This document shows, in pieces, positions 10,368-21,960 of a stretch of DNA of 64,000 nucleotides. Made by a program: the position numbers and the translations under genes. Position 1 is the stretch's first letter; each line of letters starts with the position of its first letter. The notes under the pieces were generated by a model that worked only from the letters and a program-made list of their open reading frames with translations, was not told where the DNA came from and did not search any database. Origin of the DNA: Patellaria atrata CBS 101060 (taxonomy: Eukaryota); the NCBI GenBank assembly GCA_010093705.1, contig MU006111.1, positions 1-64,000 on the forward strand, given 5' to 3'.

Positions 10368-10537
10368 TGTTAGTAAGTTACCTATATTTGCTGTTCTCTA
10401 AGACAGAGATTTCATACTGTTCCGTCCATTTTGGTACACACCTGCAGTATATAACAGCTAGATATGGCCACTCTTTTGAGAATCAAGCGACTATATTCAG
10501 TTATGAGAAATCTCACAGTTTTAGGGCCATCCTAACA
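10368..10537 (+). mobile_element. Short solo-LTR relic
   Basis: TGTTAG...CTAACA termini. Contains the 55-bp shared core, TATATAA, and AATCAAGCGA(C)TATATTCAG, which also occurs near the 3' end of the 4182-4508 LTR. Confidence 0.65.
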
Positions 10538-10734
10538 TTTGATCACCATGCTCGGTTAGCAATACACCTTTAGTAAGAAAGAACTTTTCGCACGTATAAA
10601 GTTTCTCTCCAGATTCAAGCGATCTCGTTTGAACACCCCGCCGCATCGATCATTGTCACAAAACCAGCCGCAAACATTCCTTCGTGCGATCAAAAAATCA
10701 ATCCTCATCAGCTGTAATCACTCTGAACTGCAAG

Positions 10735-11897
10735 GAAGAAGACTTGGGTGAATAGACGTTCAGGGCGATGGATTTAGAACGAAAGAGAGCAGCTTCGTCG
10801 TCGTCGCATCTCGTTCGATGTAGAACAACTGTCGAAGGTAGCAGCTAGATCAATCGATGCAAATGCCTGTATTACTGTAACAAAGCTTCCCGAAGGAAAC
10901 TTTAGCAAAGTTGTTCTTTTGAGAATGGACAACGGTAAGGGGATTATTACGAAACTACCAAATCCCAATGCTGGGCGCCCACACTATACGACTGCCAGCG
11001 AAGTGGCAACTATGGATTTTGTACGTACCTCTCTACCACCCTGCTGTCGTTATCCAAGCCCTGTATAGGCCTGAAATATTCTCAATATACCGGTACCAGA
11101 AGTCTACGCTTGGATTCTTCGAGTAAGAGTCCCGTAGGAACGGAATATATCTTCATGGAGCGAAGCCCTGGAGTCGAGCTAGATAATGTTTGGGAGAATA
11201 TGTCCGGCCCAGCACGATTGAAGATTGTCGAGGCGCCCACCGAATACGAGGCATCATTTGTGACTTGCAGTCTTTCCATGTATGGCAGCCTTTGTTATGT
11301 CAACGACGTCCATGAAGTTCTACCCAGCCAGATGGTCCATTTACCTTCTTCCACATCTGTCCGCCGCGAGCCGCATAGACAATTTGCTGTTGGTCCCACC
11401 ACAAATCGAACTTACTTCGATGATGGTTGTGGTGAAGTTGATTCTGATCTCGGACCTTGTAAGTTGTTCATCATTGGTTTAACCTATTCTCTAACGAGGT
11501 ACTTTGTAGACCAGACATTTGATGACAATATCCGCTCGTGAACAAATCGGGAGTTCAAATATTCACAATAAAAGATTTTACTATCATGATGAGTGGGGCA
11601 GACTAGTCGATGCTTCCACGCCGTCACCGCTGTCATTTACGGCCGAAGACCGCGCGAGGCAGAAAATTGAAGAGGAAAGTTGGCAGCGAGGAGTCGAGTT
11701 GATGGCGGGTTTTTTTGGCAGACGTCGGGGCGTATCAGGGATGGGATGGCTGGGTCAATCATGCAAACTATGGGTTTATGAAGGAGCGTGTTGAAACTTG
11801 CAAGGAGACTTTTCTCGATCGATATGCGAGGAATACTGAGGAACGTCTGGCCTGGCTAGACGCGTGGCCTTTCAAGAATGACGATGGATCTAGCTAA
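10735..11897 (+). pseudogene. AIM9/APH-family phosphotransferase-like pseudogene
   Basis: Fragments EQLRRRRISFDVEQLSKVAA...KLPEGNFSKVVLLRMDNG...KLPNPNAGRPHYTTASEVATMDF, IPVPEVYA..SSSKSPVGTEYIFMERSPGVEL, FAVGPTTNRTYFDDG and the C-terminal WDGWV...AWPF. Frameshifts and a large internal deletion. Confidence 0.75.
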
Positions 11898-12823
11898 GGA
11901 TCTTACTGCTCAATATCCGGCGTGTTCCCGAGTTAACATGGAAATCGGACGGATCGTTGTGGCAGAACTTCAGCGTACATCGAAACATAATCATCTGCAC
12001 ATTGGATTGCTATGTCTGAATGGGGTAATGTATGTTCAAAAGGTCCGTTAGTCGAATCTATTATCGAGGAACATTGAAGCACACAAGGAGACCGCACCAC
12101 GAGTAGGATCTCTCCACCCTTTGGAAGAGAAGAAATTACTTTAATAGAGCCATAAGCAATTCTTTGTTATCCCTATTGAGAAAATTCTCGAAATCAAGAG
12201 TCAGGTCCTGTGAACAGTTCCATTAGATATAGCGATCATTCTACAAGTTGCCCTTACAGAAACTTCAAATTAAAGCTGCCGCATTCCTATTCTACTACAG
12301 AATTAAGCTAACGTAATAGAAGAAGATAACACATTCATTTCTGTCAAGCTAAATCCGTTTCTCCGACCAATTCATACTATTATATCGTTGAGAAGAAAGT
12401 AAGCAAAACTTAAATATAAGGATGAAAGGAGTTAATGTCCTGATCTCGTTAGGTTCAGCTAAGCCCGAGACAAGATATATCGGTCTTAAGGCGAAGTTTT
12501 CTGCTCATGATCGCTCGACCCTATGTCAATATGACGAAAATAGCATGAAAATCCGTCACAATAATTGTAGAAGCGTTATCGCCGAGTTCGGCGTTAGAGG
12601 TCGGCCTTCAACTTCAAGGGGTAATAACCAAACAGTGACATCTAGGATACCTATTTAACAAACTCCCGCAAGTATTCTGAAATATTTTGATCCCGGTCCC
12701 AACTATTCTCAGACTCCTTTGTTATATCTCCGTAGCTGCCTCAGTCCTGACGAGACCCTTTCTAAGTAAGCTTTCACTATTTCCGTGTGGACATCTTCTA
12801 ACATAAGATAGAATATAGGACGA

Positions 12824-14089
12824 ATGAAAGTCCTCATCAGCGGTGCGGGCATCGCCGGAACCGCCCTTGCCTTCTGGCTTTCAAAATTAGGCCATGATGT
12901 CACCGTCATCGAGCGATTCACTAGTCTGCGAACTACTGGGCTTCAGATAGATCTACGCGGTCATGGGATCGAAGTCATGAAGCGCATGGGTCTCGAAGAA
13001 TCATTTCGTTCGAAGGCTGCGCCGGAGCAGGGACTGCAAGTAGTCGACAAATCAGGCAGACGATGGGCATATTTCCCGGCGAATAAGCCAGGCGATGGAC
13101 TCCAGAACTTTACAACAGAGTATGAGATTATGAGAGGAGATCTTTGTCGCATCATGTACGACGCCACCAAGGAGCGGGCAAAGTATATATTCGGGACGAC
13201 TATCGAGAGCTTCGAAGACAATGGCAGCTCCGTTGAAGTTCGATTTACGGATAGCAAGACGGACAGATTTGATCTCTTGGTTGGAGCAGATGGTCAGGGC
13301 TCACGGATCCGTAAAATGATGCTTGGGCATAATTCCCAGGATACATTCTGTCCTATTGGGCGTGGTAATAACTACATGGCGTACTTCACAATATCTAAAC
13401 CGATACAGGACGGAGAACAGTATACTGCAACATCGTATATAGCTACGGGAGGTCGGGTCGTGATGACCCGGAGACACAGCGCAAGTGAAGTCCAGGTGTA
13501 CTTGTCCTGCAGCACCGATTCGGAAAGACTTAAGAATGCACGCCGGGGAGACGTCGAGGAAGAAAAGGAGGCCTTGACAGAAATTTTTCAGGGAGCAGGT
13601 TGGCAGACAGATGAGATCTTGAACTCACTAAAGGGCTCCAAAAACTTTTACTGCGAGCGGTTAGGCCTTGTCAAGATGGAATCTTGGTCCAGCGGCCATG
13701 TGACACTCGTTGGCGATGCTGCTTACTGTCCAACGGCAAACACTGGCATGGGCACAACCTCTGCCATTGTTGGTGCCTATATCTTAGCAGGGGAGATTGG
13801 GAGATATTGCAGACGATCTAACAGAGCGGATGTCCACGGAGAGAACACTCTCGTTGCCGCGCTCAAGGAGTACGAGCAAAGGTTCCGACCCTTTATGAAC
13901 CAAGTCCAGGAAGGCGTAGCGGAGGATTCCTTTACTGATAAGGTCCCATGGACGCCATTCACTATTGCAATTCTAAACTTTCTTTTGGGTGTAGCATCCT
14001 TTTTCAGGGTGAATATTTTCAAATGGCTCCTTAAGGAGAACGTAAAGGGTTGGGACCTCCCAGAATATGAGGAGATGCTACGGAATTAG
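12824..14089 (+). CDS. FAD-dependent monooxygenase/oxidoreductase (FAD_binding_3 type)
   Basis: Intact single-exon 421-aa ORF with KVLISGAGIAG, DLLVGADGQGSRIR and VTLVGDAAYCPTANTGMGTT motifs. Confidence 0.93.
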   Translation: MKVLISGAGIAGTALAFWLSKLGHDVTVIERFTSLRTTGLQIDLRGHGIEVMKRMGLEESFRSKAAPEQGLQVVDKSGRRWAYFPANKPGDGLQNFTTEYEIMRGDLCRIMYDATKERAKYIFGTTIESFEDNGSSVEVRFTDSKTDRFDLLVGADGQGSRIRKMMLGHNSQDTFCPIGRGNNYMAYFTISKPIQDGEQYTATSYIATGGRVVMTRRHSASEVQVYLSCSTDSERLKNARRGDVEEEKEALTEIFQGAGWQTDEILNSLKGSKNFYCERLGLVKMESWSSGHVTLVGDAAYCPTANTGMGTTSAIVGAYILAGEIGRYCRRSNRADVHGENTLVAALKEYEQRFRPFMNQVQEGVAEDSFTDKVPWTPFTIAILNFLLGVASFFRVNIFKWLLKENVKGWDLPEYEEMLRN

Positions 14090-14346
14090 GTGATTGTTGT
14101 GGTTGTTCATATTTTACAATTGAATTTGAAATTTGTTCGGCAACAGATATTATACTTACTAGTAGCCTCACTCAGGTAATGAAGTATCAAGCTTTCTGCA
14201 TTGTGCAAACTTCCTGAATTGGTTATTCAACGGCTACTGATAGGTTCGTTGTGAAGCGTATGTTGTTCTCTTAGTTTATCGGAAGGATACGTTTGGACCC
14301 ATTTCAGCCTAGTATAATGAGTCCTGTGCTTGATTCCATCCTACGG

Positions 14347-15842
14347 CTAGCCGCCCCTATCCTTCATACCCAAGAAAGTCCATAGTATGAGAAGATCATA
14401 AGACGCTTTAAGTGCTCCAGCGCCTCCTAAACTCTGGACCCATAGAGTTTGTTTTACAAGAACTCCTGCAGTCCCAATTCCACCAGCTTGTGCAAGTGTT
14501 TTGGTGACATTGACGATTCCCAGAATCGCAGTTCTTTCTGTTGGAAGAACAACAGCAGCAAGGAATGCTTGTCTCGGTGCCTGGTCCATGCTTTGCGTAC
14601 AGGCACGCAAGCTTAGCAAGGTCACCGCAAACCAACTCCCGGTACGAGTTGGAGGGGGAAAGGGAATTAAACCAAGGAATATCGCCGACGGCAGGTGAGT
14701 GAAGGTCATTGTTTTCAGAGGCCCAAGGCGTCGAGCAAGAGGTAGAGCAAGAAGGTTTGAAAACGTAGCGAGTACGTTTGTGTAAAAAAATAGAGTTCCC
14801 AATGTTGAAGGCTGAAAAGAGTGAACTGTTGTAAAGAAGTATGTCAGCCATGATGGCGAAGCGAGGCCTGAAGCGAAGGAATCGAATGTAAAGAGGATGA
14901 TGAGTCGTGAAAGGATTGATATAGACGCTGACGAGATCTTTGGGAGCAAAGCCAATACCCGGGAAAGCAAAGGTGGATTTTGGAATGCTTGGAGGGGACC
15001 AAATCTCGTAGCGGACGGGTTATTCGCATCTTCATGATCCAAGTCTGATGTGCTATCGGAAAGGAGCCCTTCATTTTGCAGTTCCATGGCTTCTTGATAA
15101 TGAAGCTCAGTACGCTCTACCTCAATCCTTCTACTAAGAATAAGTGTGAGTACCAACTTCACTATGCCTAGCATTCCATAAAGAACAAAAATAAAACGGT
15201 AGGCAGAGGTGTTAGTCCACCCAGGTAGACTTTGTAAGGCTTGGACAATCCAACCGGTTGTTAGAGTACCAAGTGCAGCACCTGCAGTTCCACACATTGT
15301 ATACCAAGCAAATATATCGCTACGGTCGTCCTTGTTCGTGAGTTGCGCCAATATAGATTCCTCAATAGCACGAAAAGGTCCGATCTCATTTCCACTGGAG
15401 CGAGGTCAATGATACAGCAATAAATGCTACTCCCGGGCACAAACAATCGCACATACCTTGGGCTGATTACCCCTATGACACTTGCAAGAACAAGGACCCA
15501 GTACGTGCTGGTGAAAGAAAAGACTGCTCCGCTCGCCGCCATCAGGACAGCACCAGTGGCTAAGACATTGCGTCTCCCTACCTGATCCGTGATGAGTGTT
15601 AATACAAAGCCGATGACAACATCTCCCAACATGGTAAAGGTCATGAATAAACCAATGCGATCATCGGGGATCCCAAGTTCGGAAAGGAAATGGACTAAGA
15701 TGAGGAAAGTTGCTCCATAGGCAAACAGGCGGACAAACCGCTGCAGAAAAAGAAGTTTGGCATCGCTAGATACTTTGATAACACTCGAGAAGCCTGAAAG
15801 GGTTGATAATCGCCTTAGGAAGGAAGACCGGGCCATACTCAT
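14347..15842 (-). CDS. MFS transporter
   Basis: Two ORFs joined by an intron near 15400-15456; many transmembrane segments; motifs TDQVGRR, LARRLGPLKTMTFTHLPS and SMDQAPRQAFLA. Confidence 0.88.
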
Positions 15843-16307
15843 TGCCGTAACCTTTTGTGCAAAGTCCGATGCTTGGAGAGTAGCTGAGCCACGGTCCCTT
15901 AGTCCCTATATCATGTATAAGTGAGATCCACAAAAGTATGGCTGGTCAAGTTCGAGGTTCCATTTTGTTGTACGTCAGGTAACTTACATAACGTAAAGAC
16001 CTTAGGTTAAGTTACTGTAGACCTAACCCCAGTCGGGTACGTACTATACTCCATGCTGTACAGTACGTCCCCTTGATCAATAAAGGTACAAATAAAGGTA
16101 CAGGGAAATAAAATGTAAAATGTCAACCCCGCAATGCCAAGCGATATGATTGATAATTACAGTATTACAAAAGTATCACCATGAGGTGATTGATATCATG
16201 ATTCGATATGATACCCACCTGGACATAGACGAAGTAAATATGCACAGCATTTATACAACACCTATCTTGTTGTACTCATCTCTCTGATATTGTCAATTGT
16301 ACGCAAG

Positions 16308-18092
16308 ATGCTTCAGGCTACGAAAGTCCGAACTGAAAATGTTGAAATGGGTTTGAACAGCTATGAGACTTGCATTGAGACACCAATTGATGGGCATGCA
16401 TCCTACTGGACGATGCCACACAAGGTATTCTACCTTTTGTACCTTCATAGAAGCTTGAAATACCGTAGTATTAAAGCGTTGATTCCGCATTGATTTAGCG
16501 TTCACTACTCATATTGATGCTTGCCCGTCTTACCGAACCTTTGGCGATGTCCTCGATTCAAGTGAGCTATCTCTTCTTCTTATGGTTGGTCGTTTGCTCA
16601 CTAGTTGGTATAGTCATACATGTTCTTTCAATTGAAGCATTTCAGTCCCAAAGCGAGTAATGCCACCATCGCTTCCCAATCTGGCATTTTGATCAGTGCT
16701 AGGACTGCGTCCCATGTTCTCACAGGTTTGCTTTGGGGAAGATTAGCTGACGATGAACGTATCGGGAGGAAGGTGGTCCTAGTTATAGGCCTCCTAGCCT
16801 CCGGGTTGGCGATAATAGGATACGGGTTTGCGGAAACCTTCACCACAGCGGTCATATGGCAGACTTTAGATGGCCTCTTGAACGGCACAATTCCCATTGT
16901 CCGTTGTATGACTGCCGAGATCCATCCTGATAGACAGTAAGACCGCTTTCCTTTGCCTCTATAAACTGCGGTTGATGATTGCTTCTGTAGGTATCGAGCA
17001 CGTGCGCTGGCATTGCTTCCATTGTGTGCTAACGCCGGTACGCTTCTCGGTCCTCTCATAGGCGGCTTTCTAGCTTCAAGGGTAGATGACTCTTCTTTCT
17101 CCTCTTTATCTGAGTACCCCTACGCTGTCCCCAATCTATGCGTCGCAGGAATCCAGGTCATTGTCGCCATTTGTGCTATCCTTGGACTTGAAGATCATTA
17201 TTTTCAGAGTCCCAACGGAAGTCAACCTGAGGGACACGTTGAACGCAGTGAGATATCCAATTCGAGCGAATCAAGTGAATGCGCCTCTTCAAATCAACAT
17301 TCTGACGAAATATCCCCATTACTCATAAATAGGCCTAATGGTCCGCGTTCACTAGAGGAGCCCGTGCCTCCTGGGGCGCCATCAGCATTGCCACTTTGCC
17401 GGATGTGGACCTCCAATGTACTAAGTACCATGATAGCTCAGTTTATCATCTCCGGTCACCTGGGAACCTTCTCTAGCCTTTGGGCAATTTTCCTCAGTAC
17501 TCCTGTTGTCGCTACCCAATACCAACATCCGCCTCTCTGGTTTTCGGGGGGATTGGGGCTATCACCCAAATTTGTAGGGGTCGCAATGTCTTCGCTTGGT
17601 TTTGCTGGTATCATACTCCAAATCGTGGTTTATCCTCCGTTAAGAGATCGAACCGGTACTATTCGGCTCTGGCGAACTGCACTCTACCTCTTTCCTGTAG
17701 TATATGTGCTTGCTCCCTTCTGTGCTTTAGTCGCTTCGTCGATGTCTACGGAAGAGAAAGAATCACCATCATCTGGGTCCGTCTGGATCGCGCTGCTATC
17801 CATCACTATTCTCTACGTGCTAGGAAGGACAGGTGTAGTCCCTGCTACGAGTCTCTTGATCAATGATTGCGCTCCACATCCGAGTGTTCGGGGGACAGTG
17901 CATGCCACTGGTACGATCGTGAGCAATCTAAGCAGGTCTGTATTTCCGACAATCGCACTCGCAGTCTATGCGGCAGGCTTGAAAATCGGAGTTGTAGGAC
18001 TTGGCTTTTGGGTTGTTGCTGGGTTAGCTATATTATCTTGCATTGCAAGTCGACGTGTGAGAGAAGGGAAGAATGGAGGCCAGAACTTGTAG
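16308..18092 (+). CDS. MFS drug:H+ antiporter-like transporter
   Basis: Spliced model ...YWTMPHK|RSLLILMLARLTEPLAMSSIQ|SYMFFQL...WGRLADDERIGRKVVL...GTLLGPLIGGFLA...GGLGLS...LLINDCAPHPSVRGTVH. The start codon is uncertain (16308 or 16348). Confidence 0.85.
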
Positions 18093-19129
18093 AGCTGAGA
18101 GGTAGTTCTAGTACTAAGTTCAAAGACCAAACCCACGCACCCCTTGCGCGTAAGTGACCTTATGATTTCTCGAGACGACTAGTGCAAGTATGAATGGAAC
18201 ACGAGGGCCTTTACCTTAGTTTAAATGATGATAAGTATTATTAATTCCCGTGAGAACTACATTTTTCAAATGATAAAATGTATTTATATCAATTCACGTG
18301 ATAGCTAAATGTAGTTAGGTAGAGACCGCGACCGCATACCTTTTTCACAGTTCCGCGACTTCATTTCCATCTACTTTTCTAGTATAAGGAATACTTCTCT
18401 CATTAGAACTATAGTTAAAGCGAACCTAAAATGTGTCTCTCCCGTTCACAGTGAACATTTTCAACTTAAGCCCCATGACTATCAAAATAACTTCGCCAAA
18501 GATTCTCATTAAGGATTTTCGTCTGATGGTTAGCAGAATAGATTATGCATCTGGGATAAAGTTTCCAAGGATACTGTTCTCTACTTCTGATAGTTATCAT
18601 GACCCACTTCCGGATTCAGTTTTTGTTTAACCTCTTACCTATATGACCACATTACAGTTCTATACTCGGTACTCATATGTCACGGGAATGTGGACAGCGA
18701 AACGATTATATTCCCTATTCCTCCATAGTATCCTTTTGCGCATCTAATAAAGTACTAAAAAGAATAATATATAGACTTAAAAAAGGTTACGAAAACAAAA
18801 CTAAAAAGAGTTAGAGGGGAAAAAAAAAGAAAAAAGTATTCCGCCATAGCGAAGTTGGTGTTGCCTGGATTTGAACTGACACTGAAAGGCAATTTGATAG
18901 GATAGCCGACAAAGGAGATATCTCATCCAACCAACACCAACTGCACCAAGGTGGAATGAAAGAGCAGTCGGTGGATGCGGAATATAAAGGGGAGGCTTAT
19001 CGCTGGATTGGGGGGAAGATGGGGAGTTCTTCTCGACCCCAATGAACAACTTCACCTCACGACGTACTATTAACTATTCACCGCTCTGCGCCGGGAATGT
19101 GCATCATATTACTTTACACCAGGTTATAT

Positions 19130-21400
19130 TCTAAAACTTCGGAGTTCTCCATCCAATCCATCTGGTATAAGTCTAATAAGGTACCTGAAACTCTACCAAT
19201 GCCCACCCTTTCCCATAGGACGCTTTGAACCACCGTTATGGCGCCCTTGGACCCAACGGAATTTCCTCAGCATGCCTCTGAACGACCTTCTTGGCTCATC
19301 GGGCGTTCTTGGGATATAATTTGTAGGCTTAATGATCAGTGTAATCTGCGGGTGGATCAGAAGCAACGTAGCAAAGGAACTGTCCGGTATTTGTCGTGAG
19401 CCTTCATTACCCAGTGCATAATCAGCGAAAACTTGTAGTTCGGTGCCATCCACTTCCACTTTGTACTTGTAAGGATCATGTCTCTTTGCAGTTTCATTTG
19501 CCATAGAATTATATGTATATCGAAGAAGTGCAACTCTTGAATACGACTGGATGGTCAGAGTTGCTGAGGAGACCTCACCAAAAGGGTTATTGTCTGCAAG
19601 TTGGACATCAAACTTACAACTTACTGGCCGTCTCTGAGATTCACGTACTGTAAAAGCGCACGTAGTGAAGCTATTCTGTTCCTCGGGATCGAAAGGTAGT
19701 GGACCAAGCGAAAGAGTCTTGATATCATCCCAGTAGGTCACCGGACTCTGCGTTGAGATCCAGGACCATGATGGGCGTCGTAGCTGTGAGTATTGTCCTC
19801 CTTCTATTTCAGGACGAAGCATGTTTACTCTCCACAAAAGGTCCAACCAAATCGAGTCAGCCCATAAGCCTGCTAAATAGCCACTGCGCAAATTTTATGC
19901 CCGTTTGCATAAACCTGAGAGAGCTGGTAGTCGATCAGATCTTTTGGTGAGCTATAGCCCTGAGTATTGTTCAACGAGCATGCGAAAATGTTGCGAAAAC
20001 TCTGAAGGCTCCTTTTCATGCCCGAGTGCTTCTGTCACGGTCTCGTAATGTTGATAGATTTGCAAAAAGCGTCAAAAGTTTCCTCGGCCTGATTCCTCAA
20101 AACCTCAAGTTCATAGGGGTAATGTCCTTGTCTAATGGCCATATCTCATTCAATGGCGTAACGTTCGACCGGGTGTCGTTTCAGTTCCAACATCGAATCT
20201 AGTGGATTCTTGACATCGATAAAAGGGTAAACACTTTCTTGGGCTTTACCTTCGCTCTCCCTCAGAATACGATGGTACTCTCCTCCGCGACCTCCCATGT
20301 CAATGAGGGTTCCGCATTCACAGGTCGTCCTTTGTCTACATTTCCAAACAAGTTCCGATTCACAGAAGTGGATCATCCTCGGGAAGAGTAACCGCTCTTG
20401 AAAGGCCCATGCTCTAGACAGCAGAGGATAATCATGTTTCATCATAGCAGGTGTCAAGGTGTCCCAGTGACGCAGCGGTTTTCGAACGGTAACGCGGCAT
20501 GAGTCTGTCAACATTCAGGGCACAGGTACTTCCCACATGGTCGTATCACTTGCTCGCACCGGAAAGTAACCATGTGAATCACCAGGAGAAGCTGTGACTG
20601 CTAGAATCAGATGAGAATGCTCGTAGATATCGGCCGTTTCGATAATTCGACCTCCCAATCATTGATGTCATCTTGATCAATACAAAGTGAGTCAACCCAA
20701 ATATTTCCGATACCTAACTTCAGAGCGAATAGAATGGAGTCCTGAAACGTCTTTGGAATTGACTGCCATAGAATTCCTTTTTTACGCTCTTGCAGTGTGG
20801 CTCTAGTAGTAATGAACTTTTGTTCTTTGCCCCAGCAATGTAAGAGAGCCGCATAAGGGACAAATTGATTAAGGTTTTCAACAAGCTTAACGCTGACTGT
20901 ATTCTCTGAAGACAACTTAATGGCAACGGCGCGTTTCGAAAATTGGGCAACCTCTGGATTTTTACAAGTCCCATGTTCTCCTCTGCATTTTTCTATCAGC
21001 GAGGAGACCCAATAAGCGGTTGTGGGAGCCAATGGATGGACGCTAATAGAAGGTCGTGGTAATACTGCTTTCTATGCTGCTTCTCTGTGAGAGTTAATAC
21101 AGCAAATAACCATGTGTGAGCGTAATACTAGGGCTGCATAACTTACCAGCATGGCCGAGGGAGAAGAACTCGAGTTCAATCTTGGGGCGCTCATCTTTGA
21201 AATTTATCTCCAAGGAAGGGGTATCAGTAGTTTGGTTTCGTCTCCCACGACATCGAGCGTGGACTCGTCATACGTCCTTTTCAACGGTCCAGCCTTGAGC
21301 TGAGAGACGAATGCCTTCGAGGACTACGGTGCAAGAGGAGCATCGACCAGATGAGATAATAATTTGGTCGGGAACGAAATCAAATCCAACACGAGCATTG
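19130..21400 (-). pseudogene. HET-domain (heterokaryon incompatibility) protein pseudogene
   Basis: Fragments YAALLHCWG, IPKTFQDSILFALKLGIGNIWVDSLCIDQDD..DW, PLLSRAWAFQERLL.PRMIHF..SELVW.C, YLAGLW and RPSWSWIS, spread over broken frames. Confidence 0.8.
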
Positions 21401-21960
21401 ATGAAATACACTTAGGTATGAGCTAAGGTAGTAGATAGAAGGGTAAGAGTGTTCATTGATTGTCAACTATCTGGAGTGCGTGCCTGTGCTATCTTATAGT
21501 ATTGCCTGCTCAACCATCTCACTTATCCTGGTCCCCAACCATCTGATATCCAGCCACCTTGCGTGACCCTCAATTTCACCAAGCATCATCTTCCTGCCTT
21601 TTCTCTTGATTATTACAAACGTTATATTTAGACATTGTAATAGGGCATTAAGTGACTGACAGATGGGAGTTGAAGAAGCCAAATTTACCTTGTAAGGCTA
21701 CGGCATGTAAAGGTAATAGATTACTACTGCAGAACATAAGGTAGGTAAGGATAACTCCCCTCGCCCGTATCCTAGTGTTCTTACACGGTCCCGCCATTTT
21801 CCTAAACTTCACCAGCATTGATATAGCATTTACAAAAATACCAATCTTAATACCTTTGCAAGCGGGATTGTGGGATAAAGGGCAAATATTGGAGTAAGAA
21901 GAGTATGGATGCTTAAATCAGCTATGTACACAACTCAGTTCCATCCATCAACACCCCTTC

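Noticed and set aside
12824..18092. Possible secondary-metabolite biosynthetic cluster
   Set aside because: No PKS, NRPS, terpene synthase or other backbone gene, and no cluster transcription factor, in the window.
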